DNA of 64,000 nucleotides from Bacillota bacterium (GTDB lineage: Bacteria > Bacillota > Dehalobacteriia > UBA4068 > UBA4997), in the NCBI GenBank assembly GCA_017397935.1, contig JAFQHN010000015.1:2746-66745 (forward strand), written 5' to 3'. The notes below the pieces were generated by a model. The model was not told the DNA's origin. It worked only from the letters and a program-made list of their open reading frames with translations, and did not search any database. Shown in pieces: positions 20,390 to 32,961 of the stretch. The position numbers and the translations under genes were made by a program. The first letter of the stretch is position 1, and the number at the start of each line of letters is the position of its first letter.

Positions 20390-21718
20390 TTAAAATGCTT
20401 CCAGATGCCAGGTCTTGGCAGCGGTAATCTCCAACTCCACAATTTGGTTTATCATTTGCGGTTCACCGTGGAAGATGACGATTTTATTGCTGTCGGTGCG
20501 GCCGGTGTAACAATCAGGGTTATTTTTGCTCTCCCCCTCTACCAGCACCTTAACCTTGCGGCCCACATAAGCCAGGTTTTTTTCCAAGCTGATCTGGTTT
20601 TGCAGATTAGTCAGCCGCTGCAAGCGCTCTTTCTTTACGGCCAGCGGCACCTGGCCCGGCATTGTGGCGGCCACAGTACCGGAGCGCGGCGAATACAGGA
20701 AGGTATAGGCGGCATCAAAACGGCACTCGGCAATAAAATCCAGACATTCCCGGAAGTCTTCCTCGGTCTCACCTGGGAAGCCGACAATCAAATCGGTCGT
20801 GATAGCGGCATCCGGTGTAGTCGTACGAATTTGGCGAATAATTTCGGCGTAACGGGCGCGGTCATAACCACGGTTCATAGCTTTCAGCGTTTTGTCACAG
20901 CCGGATTGCAGCGGCAGATGATAATAAGAGCAAACTTTGCTCAGCCGGCTGATAGTATCCACCAGCGCAGGTGAGAAATCACGGGGATGAGAGCTCATAT
21001 AGCGGATGCGTTCAATTCCCTCAACAGCGTTGGCCGCTTCCAATACCGCCGCAAAATCCGGGGCATTTTCCACGCCGGCCTTGGCCAAATCCTTGCCGTA
21101 GGAGTTAACATTCTGGCCCAGCAGCATAATCTCTTTAATCCCCTGCCCCGCTACCTGCCTGATCTCATCAATAATGGCGTTGAAATCGCGGCTCCGCTCA
21201 CGGCCGCGCACATAAGGCACAATGCAGTACGAACAGAAGTTGTTGCAGCCGTAAATAATATTGATTTGGGCAGTGTGTATCGGCCCATCTCCGCGGTCAG
21301 ACGGCAGAACATCGGGGAAATCACGGTTGTCCTCGGAAATATCAACAATTCGGCGCTCGCCGCCCAGCACACGGCTGATATATTCCGGCAAACGGTGCTG
21401 CTGATAAGTTCCCAGCACAATATCCAGATGCTTACCCATGCGGTTCAGCATATCGCCAATATTTTGCTGCTGCATCATGCAGCCCAGCACCGCGATAATA
21501 ACGCCCGGCTTTTTATATTTGGCATTTTTCAGGTTACCTATGTATCCCCAGATTTTATTTTCAGCACTCTCACGGATACAGCAGGTGTTGACCACGATGA
21601 TGTCGGCCTCATCCAACTCATCGCACGGCTGATAACCGGTAGATTCTAGCACACCGGCAATAATTTCCGAATCATGCTCATTCATCTGGCAGCCAAAGGT
21701 TTTAATATAGAATTTCAT
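20390..21718 (-). CDS. miaB: tRNA-i6A37 methylthiotransferase MiaB (radical SAM, TRAM domain)
   Basis: MKFYIKTFGCQMNEHDSE…, radical SAM CxxxCxxC (CNNFCSYC), C-terminal TRAM. Confidence 0.9.
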   Translation of the reverse strand: MKFYIKTFGCQMNEHDSEIIAGVLESTGYQPCDELDEADIIVVNTCCIRESAENKIWGYIGNLKNAKYKKPGVIIAVLGCMMQQQNIGDMLNRMGKHLDIVLGTYQQHRLPEYISRVLGGERRIVDISEDNRDFPDVLPSDRGDGPIHTAQINIIYGCNNFCSYCIVPYVRGRERSRDFNAIIDEIRQVAGQGIKEIMLLGQNVNSYGKDLAKAGVENAPDFAAVLEAANAVEGIERIRYMSSHPRDFSPALVDTISRLSKVCSYYHLPLQSGCDKTLKAMNRGYDRARYAEIIRQIRTTTPDAAITTDLIVGFPGETEEDFRECLDFIAECRFDAAYTFLYSPRSGTVAATMPGQVPLAVKKERLQRLTNLQNQISLEKNLAYVGRKVKVLVEGESKNNPDCYTGRTDSNKIVIFHGEPQMINQIVELEITAAKTWHLEAF

Positions 21719-21743
21719 ATTATCTTCCCGTTAATTATGTAGA

Positions 21744-23540
21744 TTATTGGTTCTGGTGCAGGCGCAGGTCTTTAATTTGCAGTTGAACGTTGCGGCTGCC
21801 CTTAAACTCGTTAATTTCAATGGAATATACAATGTCCAGCGAGAGGTTGACCGGCTGGCCTTTAAGCAGTCGCTGCCACATTTCCTCACCGCCCTGCCCG
21901 CGTACGATTTGCTCAAACTCGTCCTTTTTGCGGAAGGAAATAGCACTGCAAAGTCCCTGGCGTATACGGTCAGCAAAGAAAAAACGAATAATTTGCTTAT
22001 CTGCCCCCATAAGCTGTATGCGTTTTACCTGCAAATCACGGTCACCAAACAGCGGAGCAGCGTTGCCGTGACCAAAAGGTGCCATATTGGCGATGAACTG
22101 GGCAAAACCCATACCGGAAAGCGCCCTTTCTACCGGCAGCGACATATCAATATAGATCACCGGCAGCATATCATCAGTTTCCATCTTGCAGTTTTCGTTC
22201 AGGCGGCGGCGAAGCTCATCAATGTTAGCGGCCGGAATCGTCAGCCCTGTTGCCATAAAATGCCCACCGTACATATCCAGCAAATCGGCACACTCCACCA
22301 ACGCCTTAAACATATTAAAGCCTTCCACCGAGCGCCCGGAGCCTTTTACCTGCTCTTTATTCCCGGCCAGCACAAAAGTCGGGCGGTTATAAATTTCTTT
22401 AATGCGCCCGGCCACAATACCGGCCACACTCTCAGGCAGCAGTGGCTGATGCACCACAATTACTTTGTTTTGGGCGTAACCGTTGGCTTCAATTTCAGCG
22501 CGGATCTTCTCCACACCCTCGGTGGATAAATCCTTGCGGCAAATATTCAGCTCAAACAGATGACGTGCCAACTCCATGGCACGGTCACAGTCCTCGGTTA
22601 TGAACAGCTCAACAGCCTGCGCGGCATTTTCCAAACGGCCGCTGGCGTTGATGCACGGGCCAATGGTAAAGCCGATGTGATAAGAACTCAAACTCTGCGG
22701 TTCCAGCGAGTTGACCTCCAACAGCGCACGCAAACCAAGGTTGGGAGATTCGGCAATATGTTCCAGAGCGTATTTTACCAGCTCACGGTTCTCATCCGTC
22801 AAGTCCATAATATCGCAGACGGTGGCAATGGCGGCAAAAATCAGGTATTCCAAATGCTCGCTCTGCCAATCACGGCCGGCCAGCTCATACATTCTCTCGG
22901 CCAGCTTATAAGCCAGCATACCCGCACAAATAGATTTGAAGGGGTACGGGCAATCACGCTGTTTGGGGTCAATAACGGCATCGGCCACCGGCACCTTATA
23001 CACGCTGCCGGTATCGACAATATCAAACGGTACCTCATGGTGGTCGGCAATAATTACCGTCATGCCCAAATCCTTGGCCAGCTGTACCTGCTCAAACGCC
23101 GCAATACCGTTATCCAGCGTCAGCAGAATTTTAACGCCCTCGGCCGCCAATTTCTCCACCGCCGAGCAATTTAGGCCGTAGCCCTCGGTATCACGCCGCG
23201 GAATATAATAGCGCACATCACCGCCAAGCCGCCGCAGCACCAATGTCATAATGCTGGTGGAGGTGATACCGTCAGCGTCATAATCACCGAAAACAGCAAT
23301 TTTTTGGCCGTCTTTAATGCCCTGCCATAAAATATCGCAGCCTTTGTTCAAATCCTTTAACTCTCCCGGCAGGTGCAGCAAATCCAGCGAGGAAGCAAAG
23401 TAATCCTCAATATCCTGCGGCTCAACCAGGCCGCGCACCGCCAGCAATCTTGCCGCCGAAACAGATATGCCCAGCTTTCTGGCAGTTGCCGATATTTGCT
23501 CGGCGCTGACCTTGCAGCCGCGTAAAACCCATTTTTTCAT
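21744..23540 (-). CDS. recJ: Single-stranded-DNA-specific exonuclease RecJ
   Basis: DHH and DHHA1 motifs (GDYDADGITS, DHHEVP…); start ambiguous (GTG at 23594 vs ATG at 23540). Confidence 0.85.
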   Translation of the reverse strand: MKKWVLRGCKVSAEQISATARKLGISVSAARLLAVRGLVEPQDIEDYFASSLDLLHLPGELKDLNKGCDILWQGIKDGQKIAVFGDYDADGITSTSIMTLVLRRLGGDVRYYIPRRDTEGYGLNCSAVEKLAAEGVKILLTLDNGIAAFEQVQLAKDLGMTVIIADHHEVPFDIVDTGSVYKVPVADAVIDPKQRDCPYPFKSICAGMLAYKLAERMYELAGRDWQSEHLEYLIFAAIATVCDIMDLTDENRELVKYALEHIAESPNLGLRALLEVNSLEPQSLSSYHIGFTIGPCINASGRLENAAQAVELFITEDCDRAMELARHLFELNICRKDLSTEGVEKIRAEIEANGYAQNKVIVVHQPLLPESVAGIVAGRIKEIYNRPTFVLAGNKEQVKGSGRSVEGFNMFKALVECADLLDMYGGHFMATGLTIPAANIDELRRRLNENCKMETDDMLPVIYIDMSLPVERALSGMGFAQFIANMAPFGHGNAAPLFGDRDLQVKRIQLMGADKQIIRFFFADRIRQGLCSAISFRKKDEFEQIVRGQGGEEMWQRLLKGQPVNLSLDIVYSIEINEFKGSRNVQLQIKDLRLHQNQ

Positions 23541-23637
23541 GCTCAAAGCAACACAAAACCTTTCTGATATTAAATATGCCGATAGAGCTTTCACCTTTTT
23601 GGCGGCAAAAGCTCCGGCAGATTAGATTGCTATTAGG

Positions 23638-24555
23638 TTATACCAAAATTTTCGGGTCATCTTTTTTAGTTTTCTGGCGGAATTCGGTTTTATCCACACC
23701 ACGCACCCGGGTAACATCCGAGAGAATGGAGCCGGCGATAAATACCGAAGAATAACCGCCGGCAATCACACCGATAACCAATGCCAGCGAGAATGCACGG
23801 GTGGTATCTCCACCCAGCACAAACAGGGCCACCACCAGCAGCAGCACCGCCACCGAGGTGTTAATGGAGCGCCCCAATGTCTGATTGATACTGTTATTTA
23901 CCAGCGCATCAAATTCCTGCTCAGGGTGAAGCTCGCGGTTTTCTCGGATACGGTCAAAAATTACAATCGTACTGTTGATGGAGTAACCGAGAATGGTCAA
24001 AATGGCAGCCACAAAGGTACTGTCCACCTCAAACTGCAAGATGGAGAACAGGCCAATCATCACCAGCGTGTCATGCATCAGCGGAACGATAGCCGAAACC
24101 GCAAAATTAAAGCGGAAACGCACGGTAATGTAAATCAACATCAAAACCAAAGCCAGACTCAGCGCAATAAGGGCATTGGTAATCAACTCTTTACCGATAA
24201 CCGGGCCGATATGCTCGTTACGCAAAATATCAAATGCGCTGAGGTTTTGCTCAATATTGGTTAACAAAGCGGCACTTTCTTCTTCATTCATATCCTCGGT
24301 GCGGATAAGGAAGGTATTGCCTTCACTCTCCTGGATGGTGGGGGTCGCCTCAACATATTCCGATACGGCAGCACGCAATTCTTCGGCAGTTACAGTTTGC
24401 TCAAATTGCAGCTGGAAGATATTGCCGCCGGTAAAGTCAATGCCAAAATTTAGGCCCTGAATAAACAACGAAACAAAACCGGACAAAATAATAATAGTTG
24501 AAATGGCATACCAAATTTTGCGTTTGCTGATAAAATCAAAATGGAAATTAGCCAC
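23638..24555 (-). CDS. secF: Protein translocase subunit SecF
   Basis: SecF family; GTG start overlapping secD stop. Confidence 0.9.
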   Translation of the reverse strand: MANFHFDFISKRKIWYAISTIIILSGFVSLFIQGLNFGIDFTGGNIFQLQFEQTVTAEELRAAVSEYVEATPTIQESEGNTFLIRTEDMNEEESAALLTNIEQNLSAFDILRNEHIGPVIGKELITNALIALSLALVLMLIYITVRFRFNFAVSAIVPLMHDTLVMIGLFSILQFEVDSTFVAAILTILGYSINSTIVIFDRIRENRELHPEQEFDALVNNSINQTLGRSINTSVAVLLLVVALFVLGGDTTRAFSLALVIGVIAGGYSSVFIAGSILSDVTRVRGVDKTEFRQKTKKDDPKILV

Positions 24556-25792
24556 GGTTCACGCCTCCCTTCTTATTGGAGAAAAGTGCGGGATGCTTGG
24601 CAAAAGCAGGTACATCAACGCACCACTTCAACAGCCATTGGGTGATTACCAGCGCCGTAAACATACTTACGATAATGCCGACAGCCAAGGTTACCGCAAA
24701 ACCCTGTACCGAGCCTGTACCAAACTCAAACAGCACAAAGGTGGCCAGCAAGGTGGTAATATTAGAGTCCATAATCGTCAGCAGAGCACGCTTAAAGCCG
24801 GAGGCCACCGAGGCTGCCAACGATTTCTCATTAGCAATTTCCTCGCGCAGACGTTCATAGATAATAATGTTGGCGTCAACAGCCATACCGATACTCAGCA
24901 GGAAGCCGGCAATACCGGGCAGCGTCAGCGTAATGTTCAGCCAGCACATCAGCCACAGCAGCATCAGCGTATAAACCACAATGGAAATGCCGGCCACAAC
25001 ACCGGGCAAACGATAATAAACAATCAAAAAGGTCATCAGCAATGCCATACCGATAATACCGGCATTCAGGCTTTTTTCCAGAGAATCGGCACCCAAGGAG
25101 GGGCCAACGGTACGCTTGCTCATCACCTCTACATCAACAGGCAGGGCGCCGCCCTTCAAAATAGCAGCCTCGGCCACAGCTTCTTCCAGCGTATAGCCGC
25201 CGGTAATCTGTGCCTCGCCGTTGCTGATAACACTGTTAACGGTGGGCGACATAATCAGTTCGCCGTCAATGTAAATGGAAATATACTGATGCAGATATTT
25301 GCTGGTTGCCTCGGCAAATTTCTTGGTGCCCTCCTCGTTAAATTTCAAGGAAATCGCATTTTCCTGCGAGGGGTCCATGGCACCGGTATTGCGTACACCC
25401 TTGGCATCAACCAAATCCGCACCGGTCAGCACCACATTACCGCGTGGGTCTACAAATTCCAGCTTGGCGGTACGGCCCAAAATATCAATGGCGTCGTCGG
25501 GGTTATCCACGCCGGCCAACTGGATGATAATGCGGTCATCACCCTCCAACTGAATAATCGGTTCGGATACACCAATATTATCTACACGGTTACGCATAAT
25601 TTCTTTCAGCGCCTCCATGTCCTCAGGCGCAACTGTCTGTCCTTCCTCCGGTACAGCCTGCAAAACCACCTCGGCGCCGCCCTGCAAGTCCAGGCCCAGG
25701 TTGATGTTATCTTTCAGGTGCCCGAAGGAGCCGGCCACAGCGCCGGCCAGCAGCAGCACAAACAGGGTCAGCCATAACCCTCCCTTTTTCAT
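24548..25792 (-). CDS. secD: Protein translocase subunit SecD
   Basis: SecD periplasmic and TM domains; AAGGAGG RBS. Confidence 0.9.
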   Translation of the reverse strand: MKKGGLWLTLFVLLLAGAVAGSFGHLKDNINLGLDLQGGAEVVLQAVPEEGQTVAPEDMEALKEIMRNRVDNIGVSEPIIQLEGDDRIIIQLAGVDNPDDAIDILGRTAKLEFVDPRGNVVLTGADLVDAKGVRNTGAMDPSQENAISLKFNEEGTKKFAEATSKYLHQYISIYIDGELIMSPTVNSVISNGEAQITGGYTLEEAVAEAAILKGGALPVDVEVMSKRTVGPSLGADSLEKSLNAGIIGMALLMTFLIVYYRLPGVVAGISIVVYTLMLLWLMCWLNITLTLPGIAGFLLSIGMAVDANIIIYERLREEIANEKSLAASVASGFKRALLTIMDSNITTLLATFVLFEFGTGSVQGFAVTLAVGIIVSMFTALVITQWLLKWCVDVPAFAKHPALFSNKKGGVNRG

Positions 25793-25906
25793 CGGTAAAA
25801 AGCCTCCTTATTAAATATCACAAAAATTTCCAAAACACAAAAGCTGCTGTGGCAAATTTCGCAAGAAAATTCTTACAGAAAATCCCACAGTCAGCGTTAA
25901 ATTGCG

Positions 25907-26185
25907 TTATTTATCCCGGTTGTTATCTCTGGCCAAATCAGCAATGCCGGATTTTTTAACCTCAATTTCAATACCGTCACAAACTTCCAGCCAAACGCTG
26001 TTGTCCATAATCTCGGTAATGATGCCGACGATACCGCCGACAGTTACCACCTTATCATCAACTTTCAGCGAGTTCAGCATCTCGTTGCGTTTCTTCTGGA
26101 TTTTCTGCTGGGGACGGATAAGCAGAAAGTAAAACAACGCTACCATCATCACCAGATAACCGACAGTATACAGAGTTTCCATCAT
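25907..26185 (-). CDS. yajC: Preprotein translocase subunit YajC
   Basis: Single TM plus conserved …FLLIRPQQK…VVTVGGIVG…; start at MMETLY after AAAGGTGG RBS. Confidence 0.85.
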   Translation of the reverse strand: MMETLYTVGYLVMMVALFYFLLIRPQQKIQKKRNEMLNSLKVDDKVVTVGGIVGIITEIMDNSVWLEVCDGIEIEVKKSGIADLARDNNRDK

Positions 26186-26308
26186 CTCTAAAAAACCACC
26201 TTTTCTTAAAAAATTCATTAACGATTAAATTTGGTTTACATCCCGGCCCAAATGTCGGGATAACATCACAACCTATTTATTATTCGGCCTTAACAGAAAA
26301 ATTCCTGC

Positions 26309-27439
<1,131 letters not shown>

Positions 27440-28462
27440 TTATATAATCAACATGGCGTCACCAAAGCTGAAAAAGCGGTATTTCTCCTCAACAGCGGTG
27501 GCATAAGCCTGCATAATCTGCTCTCGTGTGGCAAAGGCCGACACCAACATCATCAGCGTACTGCCGGGCAGGTGGAAGTTGGTAATCAACGAATCCACTG
27601 CCTTATAATGATAACCGGGGTAGATGAATTTTTGCGTCCAACCGCTGCCGGCGTGCACGATGCCATCCTCGGTGCTGACGGTTTCCAGAGTGCGGGTGCT
27701 GGTGGTGCCCACGCTGATTATCCGCCCACCACGGGCACGGCAATCATTGATGATTTTAGCGGTTGCTTCGTCAATCTCATAATACTCCGAGTGCATCTCA
27801 TGGTCCTCGATATTTTCCACCTTAACGGGGCGGAAGGTGCCAAGGCCCACATTCAACAGTACCTCGGCCACCGTCACACCCTTGGCGCGGATTTTATCCA
27901 GCAATTCCTCGGTAAAATGCAGACCTGCGGTGGGGGCAGCAGCCGAGCCGGGGTCTTTGGCATAAACGCATTGGTAGCGGCTCTGGTCCTCCAATTTCTC
28001 GTGGATATAAGGCGGCAGCGGCATAGTGCCCAGCTCGTCCAAAATTGCCATAAAATTGCCCTTGTAATCAAAGCGGATAAGGCGCATACCCTCCTCCACC
28101 ACCTCCATCACTTCGGCAGTCAGCAGGCCCTCCTTAAAAATCAGCTTCTCGCCGGGGCGGGCCTTGCGGCCGGGGCGCACCAATGCCTTCCAATGGTGCA
28201 AATCCACCTGCTGTACCAGCAGCACCTCAATCACGGCGCCGCTTTCACGGTGGGCCCAAAGTCTGGCCGGCAACACCTTGGTATGGTTGATGACCAGCAC
28301 ATCACCGGCGTTCAGATAATCCACCACATCATAAAAATGCTTGTGCTCAATCGTGCCGTCGGCCCTGTTCAACACCAACAGACGAGAGGAATCACGCGGT
28401 TCCACCGGGGTTTGGGCAATCAATTCCTCGGGCAGGTCATAGACAAAATCTTCCAGTTTCAT
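27440..28462 (-). CDS. queA: S-adenosylmethionine:tRNA ribosyltransferase-isomerase QueA
   Basis: [19 protein letters not shown]… canonical QueA N-terminus. Confidence 0.95.
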   Translation of the reverse strand: MKLEDFVYDLPEELIAQTPVEPRDSSRLLVLNRADGTIEHKHFYDVVDYLNAGDVLVINHTKVLPARLWAHRESGAVIEVLLVQQVDLHHWKALVRPGRKARPGEKLIFKEGLLTAEVMEVVEEGMRLIRFDYKGNFMAILDELGTMPLPPYIHEKLEDQSRYQCVYAKDPGSAAAPTAGLHFTEELLDKIRAKGVTVAEVLLNVGLGTFRPVKVENIEDHEMHSEYYEIDEATAKIINDCRARGGRIISVGTTSTRTLETVSTEDGIVHAGSGWTQKFIYPGYHYKAVDSLITNFHLPGSTLMMLVSAFATREQIMQAYATAVEEKYRFFSFGDAMLII

Positions 28463-28539
28463 CAGCAAAAACCTCAATACATCATAATTTATTTTATCAG
28501 CATATTTTTAACATAATATCAACAAAATTATTTATGAAC

Positions 28540-29937
28540 TTAATCTATAAAATCCAGTTCCAGCAGGCGCTCGTCGTCGCCGCCGTAATAGTGCGTCAGG
28601 ATTTCCTCGGCGGTATAGCCGTCCTCAGCCATACCAATGGCACCGTACTGGCTTAACCCCACGCCGTGGCCGTAGCCGTGGCCAGTCAGCGATACGCCTT
28701 CTCCCTGCACATCGGCAGCTGCACCGCCATTAAAGGCTTTGATTTCGGCTGCGCTGCGCATATAGGACGCGGCAAGCTCACCAAGCTGCTGCACCACGCC
28801 TCCTGCGCCCACCGCATAAAGCTCATACCACGGGCGCTCAACCAGATTACCGGCTGCGTTCAGCACATAAACCGTGTCTATATTTTCAGAAATTTCAACC
28901 TCATTTTCTTGTGTAAACAAGCTGCTCTTTATGCCCAGCAAGGTGCGTACGGCATCCCTTTCGGCGCTTACTGTGCAGCCCGTGCCGATAATTTTGGCCT
29001 CGGTTACCCGCCCTGATGCGGTTTTGCCGCCATCCTCAGCTTCATAAGATAATTCCAGCCGAACAAACCTGCCAAAGCTGTCATCCCGGCCCAGGCGCTC
29101 CATATAAGCCTCAGCCAAATCCTTCATCTGCTTGGGGGTATATGATACCGTCCACTCATAAAAGCTGTAATCCTCGTCATAGGGCGATTTTACACCGCGC
29201 AGATAGGGCAGCGCCTTTCCACCCCAGACATTCTCGTTATTCTCGGTGTGGCCGCCGGCGCTGCTGCAAAAAACAGCCTCCACCGGTTTGCCGTCATAAT
29301 ATAAAATCTGTCCTGCCGTATCGTCCACCGCACGGATGATCACATCGGCGCCGATTTCACTCTCAGCTGTGTAACCGCCGTAAACCTGGCTGGCTGTGCT
29401 GGCCGAAACATCATAATAGGTGCCGCCCATATTAAAATAAGCATAACTACGGGCCACAATAGCCTGCGCCCGCAAGGCCTCGGTCGGCGCTTTATAGCCG
29501 ATTTCCTCGCCCACCACGCCGTACAGGTAATACTCTAAATCCAGCACATTTACCACATAGCCGTTGGTGTAGACGGAAAAGCTGTCGCGGTATTTTTTGC
29601 CGCGGAACTCCACAATGCCTTCCTCGGAATCCTCAGCCACCAGCGAAATATTTGCCGCCGATGTACCGATTTTCTGCCCGTTAAGATAAGCCGTAAAGCT
29701 GCTGCTGCCCTTAACCAGCCGCACCACATCACCCTCGGTCGGCTCGGCCAGAGTTTCTGCCACCAGCTTGCCGCCGGACAATGTGTAATCACCCTGCATT
29801 ATCTCAAACTCAACCTCGGCTGCACCGGTTTGCAGACAAACACGAATATCGGTGGCCCAAGCTGCCGAGGGTACTGCCAGACACAGTACGGCCAGCATTA
29901 TCAGCACCAACCGCTTAAATTTATTACCCTTAAACAT
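28540..29937 (-). CDS. SpoIID/LytB-domain protein (secreted amidase-enhancer family)
   Basis: Signal peptide, SpoIID-family core (…ARSYAYFNMG…FCSSAGGHTEN…). Confidence 0.8.
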   Translation of the reverse strand: MFKGNKFKRLVLIMLAVLCLAVPSAAWATDIRVCLQTGAAEVEFEIMQGDYTLSGGKLVAETLAEPTEGDVVRLVKGSSSFTAYLNGQKIGTSAANISLVAEDSEEGIVEFRGKKYRDSFSVYTNGYVVNVLDLEYYLYGVVGEEIGYKAPTEALRAQAIVARSYAYFNMGGTYYDVSASTASQVYGGYTAESEIGADVIIRAVDDTAGQILYYDGKPVEAVFCSSAGGHTENNENVWGGKALPYLRGVKSPYDEDYSFYEWTVSYTPKQMKDLAEAYMERLGRDDSFGRFVRLELSYEAEDGGKTASGRVTEAKIIGTGCTVSAERDAVRTLLGIKSSLFTQENEVEISENIDTVYVLNAAGNLVERPWYELYAVGAGGVVQQLGELAASYMRSAAEIKAFNGGAAADVQGEGVSLTGHGYGHGVGLSQYGAIGMAEDGYTAEEILTHYYGGDDERLLELDFID

Positions 29938-29989
29938 ACTTAAAAACCCATTTTAATCTCATCTTACTGCCTATACCTATAACAAAAAT

Positions 29990-30598
29990 TTACTCAGCCT
30001 TTTTGGCCGCCTTTTGCCGCAGATTTTCGGCCTTCTGCCATTTGTTATCCAAAATCAACGGCTGTACCTTGGGCTTAAAATAACGGTCTTTTTCGCTGTA
30101 AACGCAGCCGCAATAACCCTGCATATACATTTCCAGCTCTCTCGCCCGTTCCTGCCCCTCCTGAAAATACGGCCGAAAATCACGGTAATAAAACTCAATG
30201 CCAAATTCGGCCGCAGCTTTCTCACCCTCATATTTAATCAGCTCATGCTTTTGATACGGACTGACTAAAAGGCTGGTCGAAATCGCATCAAACCCCTGCT
30301 CTGCCGCAAAACGCGCCACCTCTCGCAGGCGTATGCGATAACAAAAACCGCAGCGTGCAGCCGGCTGCCCGGCCACACCGGCCAGAAAACTCTCCATATC
30401 GTAGTCATCCAGCATGGCAAAGGAAAGATGCAGACTCTCCATATACTCACGGAAGGTGTTGCGGCGTTTCTTATATTCCCGGTACGGATGAATGTTGGGA
30501 TTATAAAAGAAGGTAGCCGGCTGAATCCCCTCATCTTGCAGCAAACGGATGGGCATAATGCTGCACGGGGCACAGCAACAATGCAGCAGCAGCTTCAT
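29990..30598 (-). CDS. queH: Epoxyqueuosine reductase QueH (DUF208)
   Basis: MKLLLHCCCAPCS… Cys-rich N-terminus and CGFCYRIRL…, C-terminal CGCVYSE typical of QueH. Confidence 0.8.
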   Translation of the reverse strand: MKLLLHCCCAPCSIMPIRLLQDEGIQPATFFYNPNIHPYREYKKRRNTFREYMESLHLSFAMLDDYDMESFLAGVAGQPAARCGFCYRIRLREVARFAAEQGFDAISTSLLVSPYQKHELIKYEGEKAAAEFGIEFYYRDFRPYFQEGQERARELEMYMQGYCGCVYSEKDRYFKPKVQPLILDNKWQKAENLRQKAAKKAE

Positions 30599-30645
30599 TA
30601 CAAATCCCTCCTTATAATCTATCAGAAAATAATCCCAAAGAAAAG

Positions 30646-31749
30646 TTACGTATTATTAAACAGGTTGCCCTCAAACGATTTGCCCTGCGGCGGCTCGATC
30701 CCCAAATACCGATATGCCTCGGCGGTGGCCATGCGTCCACGCGGAGTACGGTTTAAGAAGCCCAGCTGCAACAGATAAGGCTCGCACATATCATAAATAG
30801 TATCAACAGACTCGCTGATGGTGGCGGCAATAGTATCTAAGCCCACCGGCCCTCCGCCAAAAGTTTCAATCAGCGTGGTCAGCACCTTTTGGTCGGTTTT
30901 ATCCAGCCCGCGGCCGTCAATTTCCAGCAGTTCCAGCGCATACCGGGCCATATCACGGTCAATAATGCCGTTGCCTTTTACACAGGCAAAATCTCGCACA
31001 CGCCGCAGCAGGCGGTTGGCAATACGCGGCGTACCACGGCTGCGGCCGGCAATCTCCGCCGCCCCCTCATCGGTAATGTCGATTTTCAGCAGCACGGCAC
31101 TGCGTTTTACAATCTTAAAAAGCTCATCGGGGTTATAATATTCCAGCCGGCTGATAACACCAAAACGGTCACGGAGAGGTGCCGTCAGCATACCCACACG
31201 GGTGGTGGCGCCGACCAGCGTAAACGGCGCCAGCGGCAGATGAATAGTCTGCGCACCCGGTCCTTTGCCCATCATAATGTCGATATGAAAATCCTCCATC
31301 GCCGGGTACAATACTTCCTCTACCGCCCGGTTCAGACGATGAATTTCGTCGATAAACAGCACATCATTGGGGGCCAGGCTGGTAAGGATAGATGCCAGAT
31401 CACCGGCGTGTTCAATGGCCGGGCCGGAGGTAACTTTTAAGGAAACTCCCAGCTCATTGGCAATAATGTTGGCCAGCGTGGTTTTGCCGAGACCGGGCGG
31501 CCCGTACAGCAGAATATGGTCCAGCGCCTCTCCGCGGGCCTTGGCAGCCTGAATAAAAATCTCCATATTATCCTTCACACGCTGCTGGCCAATATAATCA
31601 GCAAAGGTTTGCGGCCGAAAGGTCGGCTCTGCGGCAGCGTCCTCAATGTTGGAGCGTGCCGAAACCACCCGCTGTGCCGCAAAATCATCATTATTGGGTT
31701 TTAACAGCTGTTTATTAGAAAAAACATTTTTACCGATTTCCTTTTCCAA
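30646..31749 (-). CDS. ruvB: Holliday junction branch-migration helicase RuvB
   Basis: AAA+ Walker [10 protein letters not shown], sensor regions; TTG start with AAGGAGG RBS. Confidence 0.95.
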   Translation of the reverse strand: MEKEIGKNVFSNKQLLKPNNDDFAAQRVVSARSNIEDAAAEPTFRPQTFADYIGQQRVKDNMEIFIQAAKARGEALDHILLYGPPGLGKTTLANIIANELGVSLKVTSGPAIEHAGDLASILTSLAPNDVLFIDEIHRLNRAVEEVLYPAMEDFHIDIMMGKGPGAQTIHLPLAPFTLVGATTRVGMLTAPLRDRFGVISRLEYYNPDELFKIVKRSAVLLKIDITDEGAAEIAGRSRGTPRIANRLLRRVRDFACVKGNGIIDRDMARYALELLEIDGRGLDKTDQKVLTTLIETFGGGPVGLDTIAATISESVDTIYDMCEPYLLQLGFLNRTPRGRMATAEAYRYLGIEPPQGKSFEGNLFNNT

Positions 31750-31788
31750 GCCTCAAAACCTCCTTAAATATCAAATCAAAATATAATC

Positions 31789-32415
31789 TCAGCCTTTGGC
31801 GGCCAATTTCAGCGCTGCGGTGATAATATCCTCCAATGCGGTATCGTCGGGCAAATCCTCACAAACCGCGTCCACATATTGCTGAGCCACGGCCTGCGGA
31901 TAACCAAGCTGCGAGAGTGCCAGCGCCGCCGTGCGTTTCAGGTTATCAGCCAGCGAATTTTGCCTGGGCTGCGGTGTGGGGGCAACAAATTCAGGCTCCA
32001 GCTTCATAATCTTATCTTTCAACTCCAACAAAATGCGTTCGGCTGATTTTTTGCCCACTCCCGGTATGCGTGTTAATGCAGCGGCATTACCCATCTGCAC
32101 CGCCGACACCAAATCGGCATAGCCAACGCTGTTAAGTGCGGCCAGAGCTGTTTTGGCGCCAATGCTGCTGACACCCAGCAACAACGTAAAAAGCTGCAAA
32201 TCCCGCTTATCGGCAAAACCAAACAGGGCCAGAGCCTCGGCACGGGGTTGGGTATTGATTTGCAGATAAGTGTAAAGGGCCAGCTCATCGCCCGGCTGCG
32301 GCAGAGAGGTAAAGCTGTTAAACGGTACATAAACCTGATAGCCTACACCGCCCACCAATAATATCAGCGAGTCCTCGGTTAACTCCAAAACCTCGCCTTT
32401 AAGATATGCAATCAT
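31789..32415 (-). CDS. ruvA: Holliday junction DNA-binding protein RuvA
   Basis: OB-fold N-terminus, HhH motifs (GIGKKTAERI). Confidence 0.9.
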   Translation of the reverse strand: MIAYLKGEVLELTEDSLILLVGGVGYQVYVPFNSFTSLPQPGDELALYTYLQINTQPRAEALALFGFADKRDLQLFTLLLGVSSIGAKTALAALNSVGYADLVSAVQMGNAAALTRIPGVGKKSAERILLELKDKIMKLEPEFVAPTPQPRQNSLADNLKRTAALALSQLGYPQAVAQQYVDAVCEDLPDDTALEDIITAALKLAAKG

Positions 32416-32451
32416 CAAATTCCCTCCTAAACAGCCTCATTAGCCTCAATA

Positions 32452-32961
32452 TCACACCAGGTTGTCATCAGAATTTTTCTGCCAATGGTTGGCCTGCTGC
32501 CAGTTGCTGTGGCACACCGCCACCGCCAGGGCATCGGCCGCATCATCGGGTTTGGGCACCGCCTCCAAATTCAGCAGATTTTTTATCATATACTGCACCT
32601 GTTTTTTCTCGGCACGGCCATAACCGGTTACCGCCTGTTTTATTTGCAGCGGTGTATACTCAAAAACCGGCACACCTCGCTGGGCCGCCGCCAAAATCAA
32701 CACACCCCTGGCCTGCCCCACGCTGATAACCGTGGTGCTGTTGCGATTGAAAAATAACTCCTCAATGGCCATCACATCGGGTTCAAACTCTTGCAGCAGC
32801 AGTTGTATGCCGTCATAAATCTCACACAAACGCTTTTGGTTAAGCTGGTGGGCAGGTGTGCGGATGCAGCCGTAATCAACCACGGTAAGCTGATTGTAAT
32901 TTTTATCAATCACGCCCCAGCCGGTAATCCCGGTGCCGGGGTCAATGCCCAAAATACGCAC
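32452..32961 (-). CDS. ruvC: Holliday junction resolvase RuvC
   Basis: MRILGIDPGTGITGWG…, GTG start with GGGAGGA RBS. Confidence 0.9.
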   Translation of the reverse strand: MRILGIDPGTGITGWGVIDKNYNQLTVVDYGCIRTPAHQLNQKRLCEIYDGIQLLLQEFEPDVMAIEELFFNRNSTTVISVGQARGVLILAAAQRGVPVFEYTPLQIKQAVTGYGRAEKKQVQYMIKNLLNLEAVPKPDDAADALAVAVCHSNWQQANHWQKNSDDNLV